A model generated the notes under the pieces. The model was given only the letters and a program-made list of their open reading frames with translations, was not told where the DNA came from and searched no databases. Of a stretch of DNA of 64,000 nt, positions 1 to 9,447 are shown piece after piece. The DNA comes from an uncultured Verrucomicrobiae bacterium (GTDB lineage: Bacteria; Verrucomicrobiota; Verrucomicrobiia; Chthoniobacterales; UBA10450), in contig CAVWPA010000001.1 in assembly GCA_963756875.1 (NCBI GenBank), positions 416,001 through 480,000 of the forward strand, given 5' to 3'. The position numbers and the translations under genes are program-made. The stretch's first letter is position 1, and each line of letters starts with the position of its first letter.

Positions 1-219
1 GCTGTCACAACGAATGCTGAGATTTTGCGGCAGATTCTCGATCCTCCGCTTTTAAATGGATTGACGGGAAATATGCCGGAATTGCCGAGGCAATGGCAGG
101 AACTGCTCGGGTTGAGCAAGGGCCCATACGTGTCTACGTGATAGACACAGTGTAAATAAAAGTTACACGAAAGATGTCAGGACGGTGTCCCCAGGTCTTG
201 CGTCGCGCTCTTTTTGTCC

Positions 220-1422
220 TTATTCGATGCGGACCGCGTGCGTTTTGTCCAATCTGAGGATTTGGCCGGGCCGCAGCGAAACGGTCACTTTTGGGTCGGC
301 AATCTTTTTTCCGTCGAGTTGCACGCTTCCTTGCTTAATCAGCCGACTGGCCTCCGTCCGGGATTTCTTGGATCCAAACGCTGCCGAGTATGCGGCGACG
401 ACAAGCGCGACCGCTTCGTCGGCGCGCGCCGCGAATTTCGGGAGCTCACTTTCGTCGAGGCGTTTCTCGCTGAATCTGGTGTTCCATTCGTCCAGCGTTT
501 TGCGCGCGGCCTCGGTCGAGTGATAGGTCTGTACGACATCATACGCGAGTTGCTTTTTCGCTTCGAGTGGGTGCGCCTCTTTCGGCAACTCCCGGCCAAG
601 GAGGAGCAGATAATATCGGGCCATTAGTTCATCCGAAATGCTCATTAACTTACCGAACATTTCAGTAGCCGGCTCGCTCACGCCGACAAAATTTCCGAGA
701 CTTTTGCTCATTTTTTTTGACCCATCGAGGCCTTCGAGAATTGGAAGAAGGAAAACCACCTGCTGCGGCATTCCCTCTTCCTTCTGGAAATCGCGGCCGA
801 CCAGAATATTGAAGAGTTGATCGGTCCCGCCCAGTTCCACATCGGCCTTTACCATGACCGAATCCCACCCCTGCATGATGGGATATTGAATTTCGTGCGC
901 ACGAATCGCATGCTGCTTATCAATTCGGGCGCGAAAATCTTCGCGCTGGAGAAGTTGTTGCAACGTGACGCGGCTATTGAGGCGAATCACGTCCTCGAAA
1001 GACATGGTTCGAAACCAGTCGCCATTTAAAACCGTCTCAGTTCGCGTCGCATCGAGAACCTTGAACGCTTGCTCGCGGTAGCTTTCCGCGTTGGCCATGA
1101 CTTCTTTGTGGGTCAAGTGTGGCCGTGTCGCCGACCGCCCGCTCGGATCGCCAATCATCCCGGTAAAATCGCCGATAATAAGGACTGCATGGTGGCCGAG
1201 GTCCTGAAATTGGCGCAATTTTCGCAAAACAACCGTGTGACCAAGATGAATGTCGGGCGTCGTCGGATCGACGCCAAGTTTGACTCGCAACGGCCGGCCC
1301 AGCGCGAGCTTCTCACGCAGCTCGGCCTCGCTGATGATCTGCGCCGCCCCTCGCTTTAGAAGAGCCAGCGCTTCGTCTGGTTGCATGGGGCCAATTGTAG
1401 TGGCCTCCATCCCCGGCGGCAA
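220..1422 (-). CDS. tyrS: Tyrosine--tRNA ligase
   Basis: GVDPT..DIHLGH (HIGH-type) and KMSKS motifs, GGTDQ, C-terminal S4-like domain; true start may be slightly downstream. Confidence 0.97.
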   Translation of the reverse strand: MPPGMEATTIGPMQPDEALALLKRGAAQIISEAELREKLALGRPLRVKLGVDPTTPDIHLGHTVVLRKLRQFQDLGHHAVLIIGDFTGMIGDPSGRSATRPHLTHKEVMANAESYREQAFKVLDATRTETVLNGDWFRTMSFEDVIRLNSRVTLQQLLQREDFRARIDKQHAIRAHEIQYPIMQGWDSVMVKADVELGGTDQLFNILVGRDFQKEEGMPQQVVFLLPILEGLDGSKKMSKSLGNFVGVSEPATEMFGKLMSISDELMARYYLLLLGRELPKEAHPLEAKKQLAYDVVQTYHSTEAARKTLDEWNTRFSEKRLDESELPKFAARADEAVALVVAAYSAAFGSKKSRTEASRLIKQGSVQLDGKKIADPKVTVSLRPGQILRLDKTHAVRIE

Positions 1423-1617
1423 AGCTTTCCAAAGGTGATGATTGCAGTCTCAGCAGCAGGGGCATTTGAGGGCCTTTGATTCGCTTACCCCCAAAAACTC
1501 TCGCCATCACAGGCCCTCCCGTTTCATGTCGCTCGTGCCTGCGCGGCTCCATCCATACTGTGAACCCCGAAAGCTTTCGGGGCTGACACAGACGCTCTGC
1601 AATTGTTTTACGCGGCG

Positions 1618-2127
1618 TTACTTATTTTTGTTCAGTAACTCCCGCACCTGCTCGATCGTGAGCGGAGGATTCTTCCGGTTGAGCGATTTTTGGCTCTTAC
1701 CCTGGGCGAGAAACGGCCGTTGCCCGGCGAAATCGGAGCTGCTGGCCCTTTTTTGACTGCCGTGCGCGCTCCGCACGCCGGAAGCGGACGAAGTGGAAAA
1801 TGTTGCGGCAGAATCCGCTGAGCGCTCGCTCGAAGAAATATTCGTCCGATTCGCTTCGTGAAACGACCTGGAGCGGGCCTGCTTTGCCGAAAAATCCCGA
1901 GTCTCGGCGAAGCTGCTCTGTTTCGCCGTCTTCTCCACGTAAAATGTGGAGACGCTTGCGCGCTTATCGATGGATGCTCCGTCAGCGAGAAATTTCTTGT
2001 TTTGGGCGGTGTTCCGCAAGCTCATGTCTGGTCTGAGCAAACGATCGACGAGTGAGCGCTCCTGCGTCTGCGCATGTGCTGTCGCGAGCAGGCCAATCGC
2101 GAGGCAAACCGTTAAGAATCCACGCAC
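1618..2127 (-). CDS. Hypothetical secreted protein
   Basis: Signal peptide (MRGFLTVCLAIGLLATAHA); occupies the gap between core genes. Confidence 0.75.
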   Translation of the reverse strand: MRGFLTVCLAIGLLATAHAQTQERSLVDRLLRPDMSLRNTAQNKKFLADGASIDKRASVSTFYVEKTAKQSSFAETRDFSAKQARSRSFHEANRTNISSSERSADSAATFSTSSASGVRSAHGSQKRASSSDFAGQRPFLAQGKSQKSLNRKNPPLTIEQVRELLNKNK

Positions 2128-2191
2128 GGCATGAGGCTGCCTGAGCGCCTCCTGCTTTGTAAAGTAAATTGTCTTTTGGAAACTAACCTGG

Positions 2192-2839
2192 CTAGCGACC
2201 GGCTACGGCCGCCCGAAGGCGAGCTGCGCCTCTGGGTGCCGCCACTCGTCCATGAAGGATATCAAAGGCTCTCACTGGTCGGCCATAATAGCGCGCGTTT
2301 GCTTCCTTGCGCGTCCCGATCACTGCTCCCTCAAGGGAGGCTCCGGCAAAGAGTCCTTTGCTTCTGCTATAAGTGTAGATGGCTGCTGTCGGGGTGATTC
2401 CAGCTTCCCCGGTTCGTCCCACCGGGCCGGCTGCCACGCTCAAATCGCCGCCGAGCGTGATGTTTCCACCGCGGGAGAAAGCGCGCACCGCAGCATCATT
2501 ATTGAGCACAATCACGAAATCAGTCACTTCAGCGCCGATCTGGAAGCCCCAACCGGCGCCGGCCGTGCCAATGAATGATGGGCCGGACCAGCCATGTCGC
2601 GTCCGTGCAATCATAACGCCTTGGCCACCCTTGCCGCTAAAGATAAAGCCAGCCTTCACTACGGTCAGAATAGCGAGGCCTTTGGCGTGCCGGATAATGG
2701 CGGGCGGGAGACGCTTTTCCGGCATGTGCCGGAACTCGCGGATGGTGGTTGTGCAGTGATTGACGATGCCCTGCTCGCTTGCGCCGGCTGCGGCTGTTCC
2801 CACAGCGAGAACAGCAAAGATTGAGAACAATTTTTTCAT
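2192..2839 (-). CDS. Ysc84/SYLF lipid-binding domain protein, secreted
   Basis: Signal peptide; KAGFIFSGKGGQG, WSGPSF, GFQIG, YSRSKGLFAG motifs. Confidence 0.92.
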   Translation of the reverse strand: MKKLFSIFAVLAVGTAAAGASEQGIVNHCTTTIREFRHMPEKRLPPAIIRHAKGLAILTVVKAGFIFSGKGGQGVMIARTRHGWSGPSFIGTAGAGWGFQIGAEVTDFVIVLNNDAAVRAFSRGGNITLGGDLSVAAGPVGRTGEAGITPTAAIYTYSRSKGLFAGASLEGAVIGTRKEANARYYGRPVRAFDILHGRVAAPRGAARLRAAVAGR

Positions 2840-2896
2840 TTTGGTTTATAAGTAATTCGCATCACCAGGCTGCGTGGATGTATTTGGTGACCAAAG

Positions 2897-3385
2897 ATGT
2901 CGATTTACGATCAATTAGTCGGGCAACATGACGAGTTATTCATGCGTGAAGCGCTGCGCCAGGCTCAAAAAGCTTATGCCGCGGGCGAGGTTCCAGTTGG
3001 TGCAGTTGTGGCTCGCGACGGGAAGGTGATCGCGCGCGCTTACAATCAGGTGGAGCTGCTCAAAGACGCGACGGCGCACGCGGAAATGCTGGCATTGACG
3101 CAAGCGGAAGAGGCGGTCGGCGACTGGCGTCTGGTGGATTGCGATTTGTATGTAACGAAGGAACCGTGCGCGATGTGTGCCGGTGCGCTGGTGCATGTGC
3201 GAATGCGCCGTGTCATTTTCGGCTGCGCGGATGTGCGTGCCGGGGCCGCCGGAAGCGTGTTGAATCTACTTCAATATCCCGCGTTCAACCACCGTTGCGA
3301 GATTACCTCCGGGGTCCTTCAGGACGAGTGCGCACCGATTCTCCAGGAATTCTTTCGGAAGCGGCGGGAAGACGGAACCGCGTAA
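2897..3385 (+). CDS. tadA: tRNA adenosine(34) deaminase
   Basis: EVPVGAV, TAHAE, EPCAMCAGA zinc deaminase motifs. Confidence 0.95.
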   Translation: MSIYDQLVGQHDELFMREALRQAQKAYAAGEVPVGAVVARDGKVIARAYNQVELLKDATAHAEMLALTQAEEAVGDWRLVDCDLYVTKEPCAMCAGALVHVRMRRVIFGCADVRAGAAGSVLNLLQYPAFNHRCEITSGVLQDECAPILQEFFRKRREDGTA

Positions 3386-3432
3386 AAGGCTGCGCCTCAC
3401 GCGGTCAGTATCGGGAACAGCATCGCCACGTG

Positions 3433-3449
3433 AAGCCGGAAGGCTTTTT
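3433..3449 (+). terminator. Rho-independent terminator after tadA
   Basis: AAGCC-GGAA-GGCTT hairpin running into a T tract; stem is short. Confidence 0.5.
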
Positions 3450-3452
3450 ACG

Positions 3453-3474
3453 TGGCTGCCTCGCAGGACTCGAA
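3453..3474 (-). repeat. att-like degenerate copy of the tRNA-Gln 3' end
   Basis: TGGCTGCCTCGC-AGGACTCGAA matches 11154-11176 (TGGCTGCCTCGCTAGGACTCGAA) with a 1-nt deletion. Confidence 0.88.
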
Positions 3475-3572
3475 GGTGGCTCAAAAATCCCGATTTCCCT
3501 CGTATAATCGAGGCTTGGAAACTCAGTTACGCAAATACGCACACAACGATTGGTGGCAGATGACCAGGCAGC

Positions 3573-3764
3573 TTAAAAGGGAATTTCATCATCTTCTTCA
3601 ACCGTTTCCGGGGAAGCGCTTTTGGCGGATTCAGTGGATTCTTCGCAATGTTCGATGGCCGCTTTGTGAAGCTGTTCAAGCTTTGCCCGCTCAACTGACT
3701 CCCCAGCCACTTTGTAGCATCTGGAAATTTCAGAAGGATGTCTCCAGCAATTGTTAATAATCAA
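3573..3764 (-). pseudogene. Gene fragment with SSB-like acidic tail (EEDDEIPF)
   Basis: C-terminus resembles the DDDIPF SSB-Ct motif; no good start and no OB fold visible. Confidence 0.45.
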
Positions 3765-3851
3765 TCCAGCAAAAGATCAGGGCAGTCTTAGGCTATCTTT
3801 GTAAATCTGCCTTGACATAAACGTGGCCCATTTGAAACACTGCTCTCGCGC

Positions 3852-3931
3852 CAAGTCCGTTAGGCGTCTCCAGACAAGGACCTGACCCTCTTTCCGCAGG
3901 GTAATCGCGAACGATAGGCTCGTTCGCCAAG
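3852..3931 (+). promoter_or_regulatory. Repeated leader/regulatory element, copy 1
   Basis: 25-nt core ACCTGACCCTCTTTCCGCAGGGTAA identical to 5584-5608; followed by hairpin GCGAACGA/TCGTTCGC, then CAAG and ATGAAA. Confidence 0.7.
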
Positions 3932-3944
3932 AATCGAAATTAAT

Positions 3945-4148
3945 ATGAAAATGACCTCACTCAAAAACACCGCACTCGTTCTTCTCGCCATCGTGGGTGC
4001 ATCTATCGGAATCATTGCCTATACGTTTGCAGATGAACCGTATCCCTTGACTACCCCCTGCACCGTCGGGACAACGACTGTGTATCAAGGGCATACTTGG
4101 AAGTGCGATCAATGTGGCTCGGAAACTTGCTGGATCATGCAGCCCTAG
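3945..4148 (+). CDS. Small secreted Cys-rich protein (67 aa)
   Basis: Basic N-terminus and hydrophobic signal; mature part has 4 Cys. Confidence 0.75.
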   Translation: MKMTSLKNTALVLLAIVGASIGIIAYTFADEPYPLTTPCTVGTTTVYQGHTWKCDQCGSETCWIMQP

Positions 4149-4370
4149 TCAACGCCGGGTGACCTGAGGTCGCGTGCGTTGAGAAGGATTATCTAGCGAG
4201 TAGGAGCAAGGGTCTAGGTGAATGATTTGCTTTTCGAAATCGTTGCCCTCACGCTTGGCAGCTTAGCGGCCCGGATACGGCCTGATGAGGTCCCGAGCCA
4301 AGACCAGTCTCCTGCTAGTCAGAAGAGACGCGCATGGGGGTTTTTCCACCCGAAAATAATCTTGCAATCG

Positions 4371-4416
4371 CCTCTTTGTGCAGGGTAACTCCGAACGAGT
4401 AGACTTGTTAACCAAG
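4371..4416 (+). promoter_or_regulatory. Repeated leader element, partial copy
   Basis: CCTCTTTgtGCAGGGTAA, then hairpin AACGAG/CTTGTT, CAAG and ATGAAA at 4429. Confidence 0.6.
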
Positions 4417-4428
4417 GATCAATTAATA

Positions 4429-4878
4429 ATGAAAATAATGCCAACAGTATTCACTCTAACCGCTGCGACGAGTTTCTTTACGCTACTCGCACCCATGCAG
4501 GCCCAACAGAAAAAACGCGATTACCAAGACGGCATTGGATTTTTGAAAGGTCGATGGAATGCGAGGGAAATTGTCCATTATCCACTACTAATCTCAGGAG
4601 CCGGAACGTTTGATGGTTCAAATTTTCACGCTGTCATCACAATCAAAAACAAAGTAATCGTGATTAACGTTGTTCAGAACGAAGAGGCTTCGAACAAGAA
4701 TACGTTTTATGGGAAGATCAATGGAAATGATTTAGATTCGATTAAGTGGACATTTCCCGATGGGGCGGCGGCGGAGGTGTATATAACCCCGGATCATGAG
4801 CACGTTCATATTTACATGCCTTTAAGTTATGAAGGGCGCAGAGAACCTCACGCCCAAGAAATTATACTTTCACGGTAA
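4429..4878 (+). CDS. Hypothetical secreted protein
   Basis: ATG at 4429 gives a signal peptide (MKIMPTVFTLTAATSFFTLLAPMQA); beta-rich mature part. Confidence 0.75.
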   Translation: MKIMPTVFTLTAATSFFTLLAPMQAQQKKRDYQDGIGFLKGRWNAREIVHYPLLISGAGTFDGSNFHAVITIKNKVIVINVVQNEEASNKNTFYGKINGNDLDSIKWTFPDGAAAEVYITPDHEHVHIYMPLSYEGRREPHAQEIILSR

Positions 4879-4968
4879 CACGGCACTCCCCACTGCAAAT
4901 GATGTGAAGGCCGATAACAGTCAAACTCAAACCAGCGCAGGATGGTCTATAATGAGAATAGACCTAAA

Positions 4969-5531
4969 ATGAAACCTTTTGCTCGCGCAATGTCGAAAGG
5001 GCTGCTTTCAATTTTGTGTTTGGTCGCGCTTATTTTGCTGGGCGCATTCGAGGCGCTCGACGCTCAGTCGATTAAAAATTCTGATCATCTCATTGTTCCG
5101 GGCAAGCGCATTGGCTCTGTCACGCTAGGAATGTCTGACCAAGCTTTGTTCAAACTCGGCGTCCCTGACGCGACGGGCGTGGTGGAAGTGGTTAAAAAAA
5201 CCCTAATATATCGTTACGGCGACTTTCTGGTGGTCGATGTCGATCAAGGGACACATAAAGTTGTGAGTATCGTTTTGTACCGTGATAGGTCTTGTACCAT
5301 ACGGCGGAAGGGGTGCGGATTGGCTCCAGTGTGATTGATATTGAAAAGGCGATGGGTCCGCCCGAGCAAGTCATGGCCAATCCCTTCAGAGGTAACGAGA
5401 CGGTGGGCCTGATATATGACTCCGGAAATCTCAAGTGTAGCTTCTTACCTGCGCACGGTCGTTACTCAGATCCTGCGCGAGACACAGTCCAGAGTATAGA
5501 GATGAAGGTGCCGAGCAAGGAAATATTCTAA
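4969..5531 (+). CDS. Hypothetical secreted protein with a frameshift near 5290-5300
   Basis: The signal-peptide ORF (IVPGKRIGSVTLGMS) continues plausibly in the overlapping frame as YHTAEGVRIGSS..IEKAMGPP. Confidence 0.7.
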
Positions 5532-5555
5532 CGTCTTCTAACAAGCGACGCACGG

Positions 5556-5636
5556 CAAGTCCGCAAGGCACCTCCACGGAAGCACCTGACCCTCTTTCCG
5601 CAGGGTAACCGTGAATGAATGGTTTGTTCCAACAAG
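5556..5636 (+). promoter_or_regulatory. Repeated leader element, copy 2
   Basis: Aligns end to end with 3852-3931; followed only by a 7-codon ORF MKNKLRD* (5649-5672). Confidence 0.7.
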
Positions 5637-5772
5637 CGAAAGTTGGTTATGAAAAATAAATTAAGAGATTGATTAGGGGAATGTTGTGCATCTTAATCTT
5701 GGGGATGTGTCAGACGAAAATCGAAGCCAAATTCGAACCAGATTTCCCAACGAGGTAAGATGACAAACACTT

Positions 5773-6180
5773 ATGAAAACTGAAATTGACACGTTCTATC
5801 TGGTATTCCTTTTGCTTATCGGCGGCGTATTCCCCGTGGGAGAGCTTGAAGCGCAATCTCCAACAGACCTTGCCAACATGAAACGCTTGGTTGGAAATTG
5901 GAACACCCAAGCCGATCGACCTCACAATGGGAAAGCCCACACGCTCATCACAATGGATGGACATGATCTTGTGGCGTATTTGGTATGGGATGCAGACAAT
6001 GTCCCGGCCAATGGCTTGAAGGGCGACACGATTTTACTTTACCGCTTTAGATTGCAAGGGCGGCGCATAGTCGGTCGTCGGGTTACTGGCGAGCCTCTAA
6101 CCGGCATCGTCAGTGAGAGCTTTAGACAAATCGATTGGGAGGTATCCAGAGCCAGGCACAACGCCTCAGAGTTATTTTGA
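5773..6180 (+). CDS. Hypothetical secreted protein
   Basis: Signal peptide; LVGNW motif suggests a small beta-barrel. Confidence 0.7.
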   Translation: MKTEIDTFYLVFLLLIGGVFPVGELEAQSPTDLANMKRLVGNWNTQADRPHNGKAHTLITMDGHDLVAYLVWDADNVPANGLKGDTILLYRFRLQGRRIVGRRVTGEPLTGIVSESFRQIDWEVSRARHNASELF

Positions 6181-6475
6181 CCAAACTCTACTCCGAGAAT
6201 AGACGCACCTCCGCCCCGAATTGTCTGAACAGGTAATCATAACCCTCACCTAAACTTCACTCGACGCTTTGCTCGCCCTCTGATGTCCAGTAAAAATTCG
6301 CGAATTTGGCGATTTGCCCAGGTAAATTGCATCGGATGTGAACGATTTTGATACGTAAAAAAATCGCTAAAATCCCAATTTTAAGTCTGTTGCGTCTCAA
6401 ATCACATAGAATGGCGAAAGCAATTGTCATTACGCTAAATATGATCGCTGTCGGTTGTTTTGCAGCTGAGCCGGG

Positions 6476-7189
6476 ATGAACTTCGTGATGAAACTCGGCA
6501 AACTCCATTGGTGGCCCACTTTTCTCTTTGTGGCTTTTCCGGTGATTATCTCCGCCGCGGCTGGGCCAGGCTCGTACCCACCGCCAGGTTTCGAAAAATC
6601 GGAGCAGGATGGCACCGTCGGGTCGCCCGACGGAACTTTGCTGGTTGAACAGTGGTGGAAGCAGGGTGGCGGTGACATGGGACAAAGCCTCTATCAAACG
6701 TGGATCGTCCCAAGAAATGGTAACCCTGTTCGTCTGCCCGAAGTAAAGTTAGGAAAAATAAAACAGATGCAAGCGATCGGCCTTGAAAACCAGGATGATT
6801 CAGGCTCGGTTGGATTTTCCTCTGACTTTCGTTTCTCGCCGGACGCACGATACCTCTTTCGAGAGCAAAAAATCGTGCACGGAGTTAACGGGGCGTACCT
6901 CTATCGACATCAAAGCGGTGCAATGTACGAAGTTCTCGTGGCAGATCTCTTCATTAAGGCGAGTAAGTTTTTTGCGCAGCAAACGCGGCTTAAGTGGGAC
7001 GACGGCACTGGAATCGTTGAATTCTCATCTTGGGAACCCAACGGCGGGTTGGCATTGCAACTTCGGGGCTACACCGCGGACCGGAAGTTCGGTGTCCAAG
7101 GCTGGCGGTGCATTTTTTACCCTACGACAGGCAAATTTGTCATCCCTCAAGCTTGGGCCGCTCAAAACAAAAACGCGATTAATCGGTAA
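6476..7189 (+). CDS. Hypothetical secreted protein
   Basis: Signal peptide; SPDG/FSPD beta-propeller-like motifs; 237 aa. Confidence 0.75.
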   Translation: MNFVMKLGKLHWWPTFLFVAFPVIISAAAGPGSYPPPGFEKSEQDGTVGSPDGTLLVEQWWKQGGGDMGQSLYQTWIVPRNGNPVRLPEVKLGKIKQMQAIGLENQDDSGSVGFSSDFRFSPDARYLFREQKIVHGVNGAYLYRHQSGAMYEVLVADLFIKASKFFAQQTRLKWDDGTGIVEFSSWEPNGGLALQLRGYTADRKFGVQGWRCIFYPTTGKFVIPQAWAAQNKNAINR

Positions 7190-7545
7190 GCTCGTTAAGC
7201 GTCACCATGGCACAAGAATGTTTGTGGACGAACGGGTAACAATCGCGAAAAAAGTGCTGCTATGTGGGATTACTGTCCTCCTTCGGTAATCGGTTCCTTG
7301 AAGAGCAATCTGCCGATTACGCGGCCATTTCTCTAGCGCATTCTCTTCACCTCGATCTCAAATGTTCGCCCAATTGCAGTCGGGGCAGCCAATCTGAAGC
7401 AAACGCGCGGTCAACGGGAAGCAGGGTTGCCGGATGAGAACGGATTTGATAGTCTCGGGCCCGGCATCAGGAACGACTCTGAAAGGAGTCTGGCAACCCC
7501 GCGGATAAATTATCGGACTGTTTTTTAACGAAACACTATTGATCT

Positions 7546-7989
7546 ATGAAAAAACTCTTTCTCGACTTCATCTTGGCTCTGATTGTCATTTCCTCCCTTT
7601 TCGCACTTCCGCTAACGGCGTTGATTTTTCAACAAAGCGCAAAACTAGCGGACGAGGTAGCGGCTTGGAATAAGCAATGTGGGGAGAAGCCCTCTTATGA
7701 CGAGGCCTGCATGAAAAGACGTTACAAAATTAGTGGGGAGTTGGGCCAATTTGTTGCGCTCATTAATGACGAGCTAGATGGTCTTCGAGGTATAAGCCCT
7801 GATGCTACTGCTGATTTCGTTAAAGAAGTAGAAGGCCGGCGCAAGATTATGGAACTCGAAGTTCGTAATGCACTCTATGTTATCAAATGCGTCGGCGGTG
7901 TCCCTTCGAGTGGACCTGCCATGTCGGCAAAGCGCAGTTTTAACCGTCAGAGAGTAATACCTGTGCCGACTCCAAGGATAGACGGCTGA
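7546..7989 (+). CDS. Hypothetical secreted helical protein; C-terminus possibly frameshifted
   Basis: Signal peptide, Cys pair; sigma70-like promoter TTGCCG-N17-TAGTCT at 7427-7455. Confidence 0.65.
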   Translation: MKKLFLDFILALIVISSLFALPLTALIFQQSAKLADEVAAWNKQCGEKPSYDEACMKRRYKISGELGQFVALINDELDGLRGISPDATADFVKEVEGRRKIMELEVRNALYVIKCVGGVPSSGPAMSAKRSFNRQRVIPVPTPRIDG

Positions 7990-8220
7990 AACCTCCGAAT
8001 TCAACAGACATAACTACCGATATTTAAACCGTCGAAGCTGTTACTGGGACCGAACGTAGCGTCGAAGATCTTCGTTCTGTGCACGAGCGTGCGAAAGTTA
8101 CTTCGGAAAATTGTTACAACGTGTGGCGACGTTCGGAATATCCTAAATCTTCATTAGCACTGCTCATTGGCGCCTCGCAGCTCTGGTGTTAGTTTTCTAA
8201 GCCAGCGAGCTAGCTGTGCG

Positions 8221-8679
8221 TTACTGTGCCAGAAATTTCGTCGCTTCCCTCAGCTTTTCTTCAAACCTTGGAAAATCCTTCTTAGCCAGCGGGAAAACGA
8301 CCATTTTCTCTCCCACTATTTGCAACGCCAGATCACCGTCCCGGCCGCTCCAGATTTCGACGAACCCCCCGAGGGTCCCTTTCAATTCACATATTTTGTG
8401 ATCCGGAGCCACCCTCTTGGCCTTTTTCCAACAATCAACGAACTTGGTCCAGTCGTCGCGCAACAAGACCACTTGTTGGAGTTCCTCGCCGGTAACGTCG
8501 ATCTGGATGACAACGAATTTCCGTTGCCCACTTCTCCCAACTGCCAGCGTTAGATAGCGATCCCCGTTTCTAATATCGTACAGCATTCTGGAGCTGTCTT
8601 GGTCAGCTGCCACGGCTGGCTTAGAGAATAACAGGACAAGCGCGCAAACTGGCAGAGACCAACTTAACCTGAACCTCAT
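8221..8679 (-). CDS. Hypothetical secreted protein
   Basis: Signal peptide ending AVA-A; promoter TTGACT-N17-TAACCT on the minus strand at 8717-8689. Confidence 0.75.
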   Translation of the reverse strand: MRFRLSWSLPVCALVLLFSKPAVAADQDSSRMLYDIRNGDRYLTLAVGRSGQRKFVVIQIDVTGEELQQVVLLRDDWTKFVDCWKKAKRVAPDHKICELKGTLGGFVEIWSGRDGDLALQIVGEKMVVFPLAKKDFPRFEEKLREATKFLAQ

Positions 8680-8733
8680 TGGACGTGCAGGTTAGTGCCC
8701 TGCGGGAAGAGAGTCAAGATGCTTACGATTAGG

Positions 8734-8760
8734 GTAGTGTCCTAAAAATTAGGACACTAC
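8734..8760. repeat. Perfect 12-bp inverted repeat
   Basis: GTAGTGTCCTAA-aaa-TTAGGACACTAC. Confidence 0.8.
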
Positions 8761-8800
8761 TACAATTAGAGAATTCCGACGAAGTTAGATCTTTTGCGGC

Positions 8801-9097
8801 TCATGGTTGTGGCTCACTTCGTAACCTTTCATCGTATGCCGCAAGCAGATTTTTCAGATACTTCCGCACCTGCGCGTCACCGACCCTAGCCACCGGCCCC
8901 AGATTCGTTGAAGGCGCCGCCAGCTCCGCGCGGATCTCGCTCATCACGCGTCTGCAGAGTTCGTTACTGTCCGGTTCGGTAGCCAAACGCGCTCCAGCTG
9001 CCCGCGGATCCGCTTCATAGCGGAACCGGCACAGATAGAAAATAGTTCTGATTCGGTCTATTGCTCCTTTGGCATTGCTGACCGATGTCCAATCCAT
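8801..9097 (-). CDS. Hypothetical protein or fragment
   Basis: 98-aa ORF with no recognisable motif. Confidence 0.4.
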   Translation of the reverse strand: MDWTSVSNAKGAIDRIRTIFYLCRFRYEADPRAAGARLATEPDSNELCRRVMSEIRAELAAPSTNLGPVARVGDAQVRKYLKNLLAAYDERLRSEPQP

Positions 9098-9447
9098 GGT
9101 GAGAACTAGCGAGCTTACCCGGGAATCGCGCGTTCGTTTTGATTAACCCAGTCTGGCGGAATGGCGAATTTGCCGGTAGCAGGATAAAAGACGCACCGCC
9201 AACTTTCGAGCCCGAATTTCCTATTCGCGGTGTAGCCGCAAAGTTTCACTGCCAATCCTCCATCAGCATTGCACGAGCGCCACCTTTGATCCGCGGTTCA
9301 GCCGAGCCGGAAAGTACGGTGCGCAAACTGAGGCTTGTCGTTGCGAGTGCACTGTTGATCTGCTCGACGGCTTAATTAAACACTTTCCCGTATTCGGCTG
9401 GTTTGATAAGCGCGCCCACGGACTGTCGGTACAGCGCGAATCACCCT

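Noticed and set aside
3385..3450. SRP RNA (ffs) after tadA
   Set aside because: Lacks the conserved TCAGG...GNRA...GCAGC helix-8 arrangement; better explained as a terminator
4180..4375. Hammerhead ribozyme suggested by CTGATGA followed by a GGTC/GACC stem
   Set aside because: No GAAA directly after stem II, and stems I and III cannot both be formed in type I or type III topology
4870..4925. HDV-like ribozyme suggested by GCA-CTCCCCAC-TGC
   Set aside because: Could not build P1, P1.1 and P2 consistently
4148..5660. Integron attC sites between the island's small genes (e.g. TCTAAC at about 5537, hairpin at 4149-4182)
   Set aside because: No properly spaced R''/L''/L'/R' palindrome and no integrase
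7330..7410. Minus-strand CPDC zinc-ribbon-like fragment
   Set aside because: Too short and frameshifted to support a call
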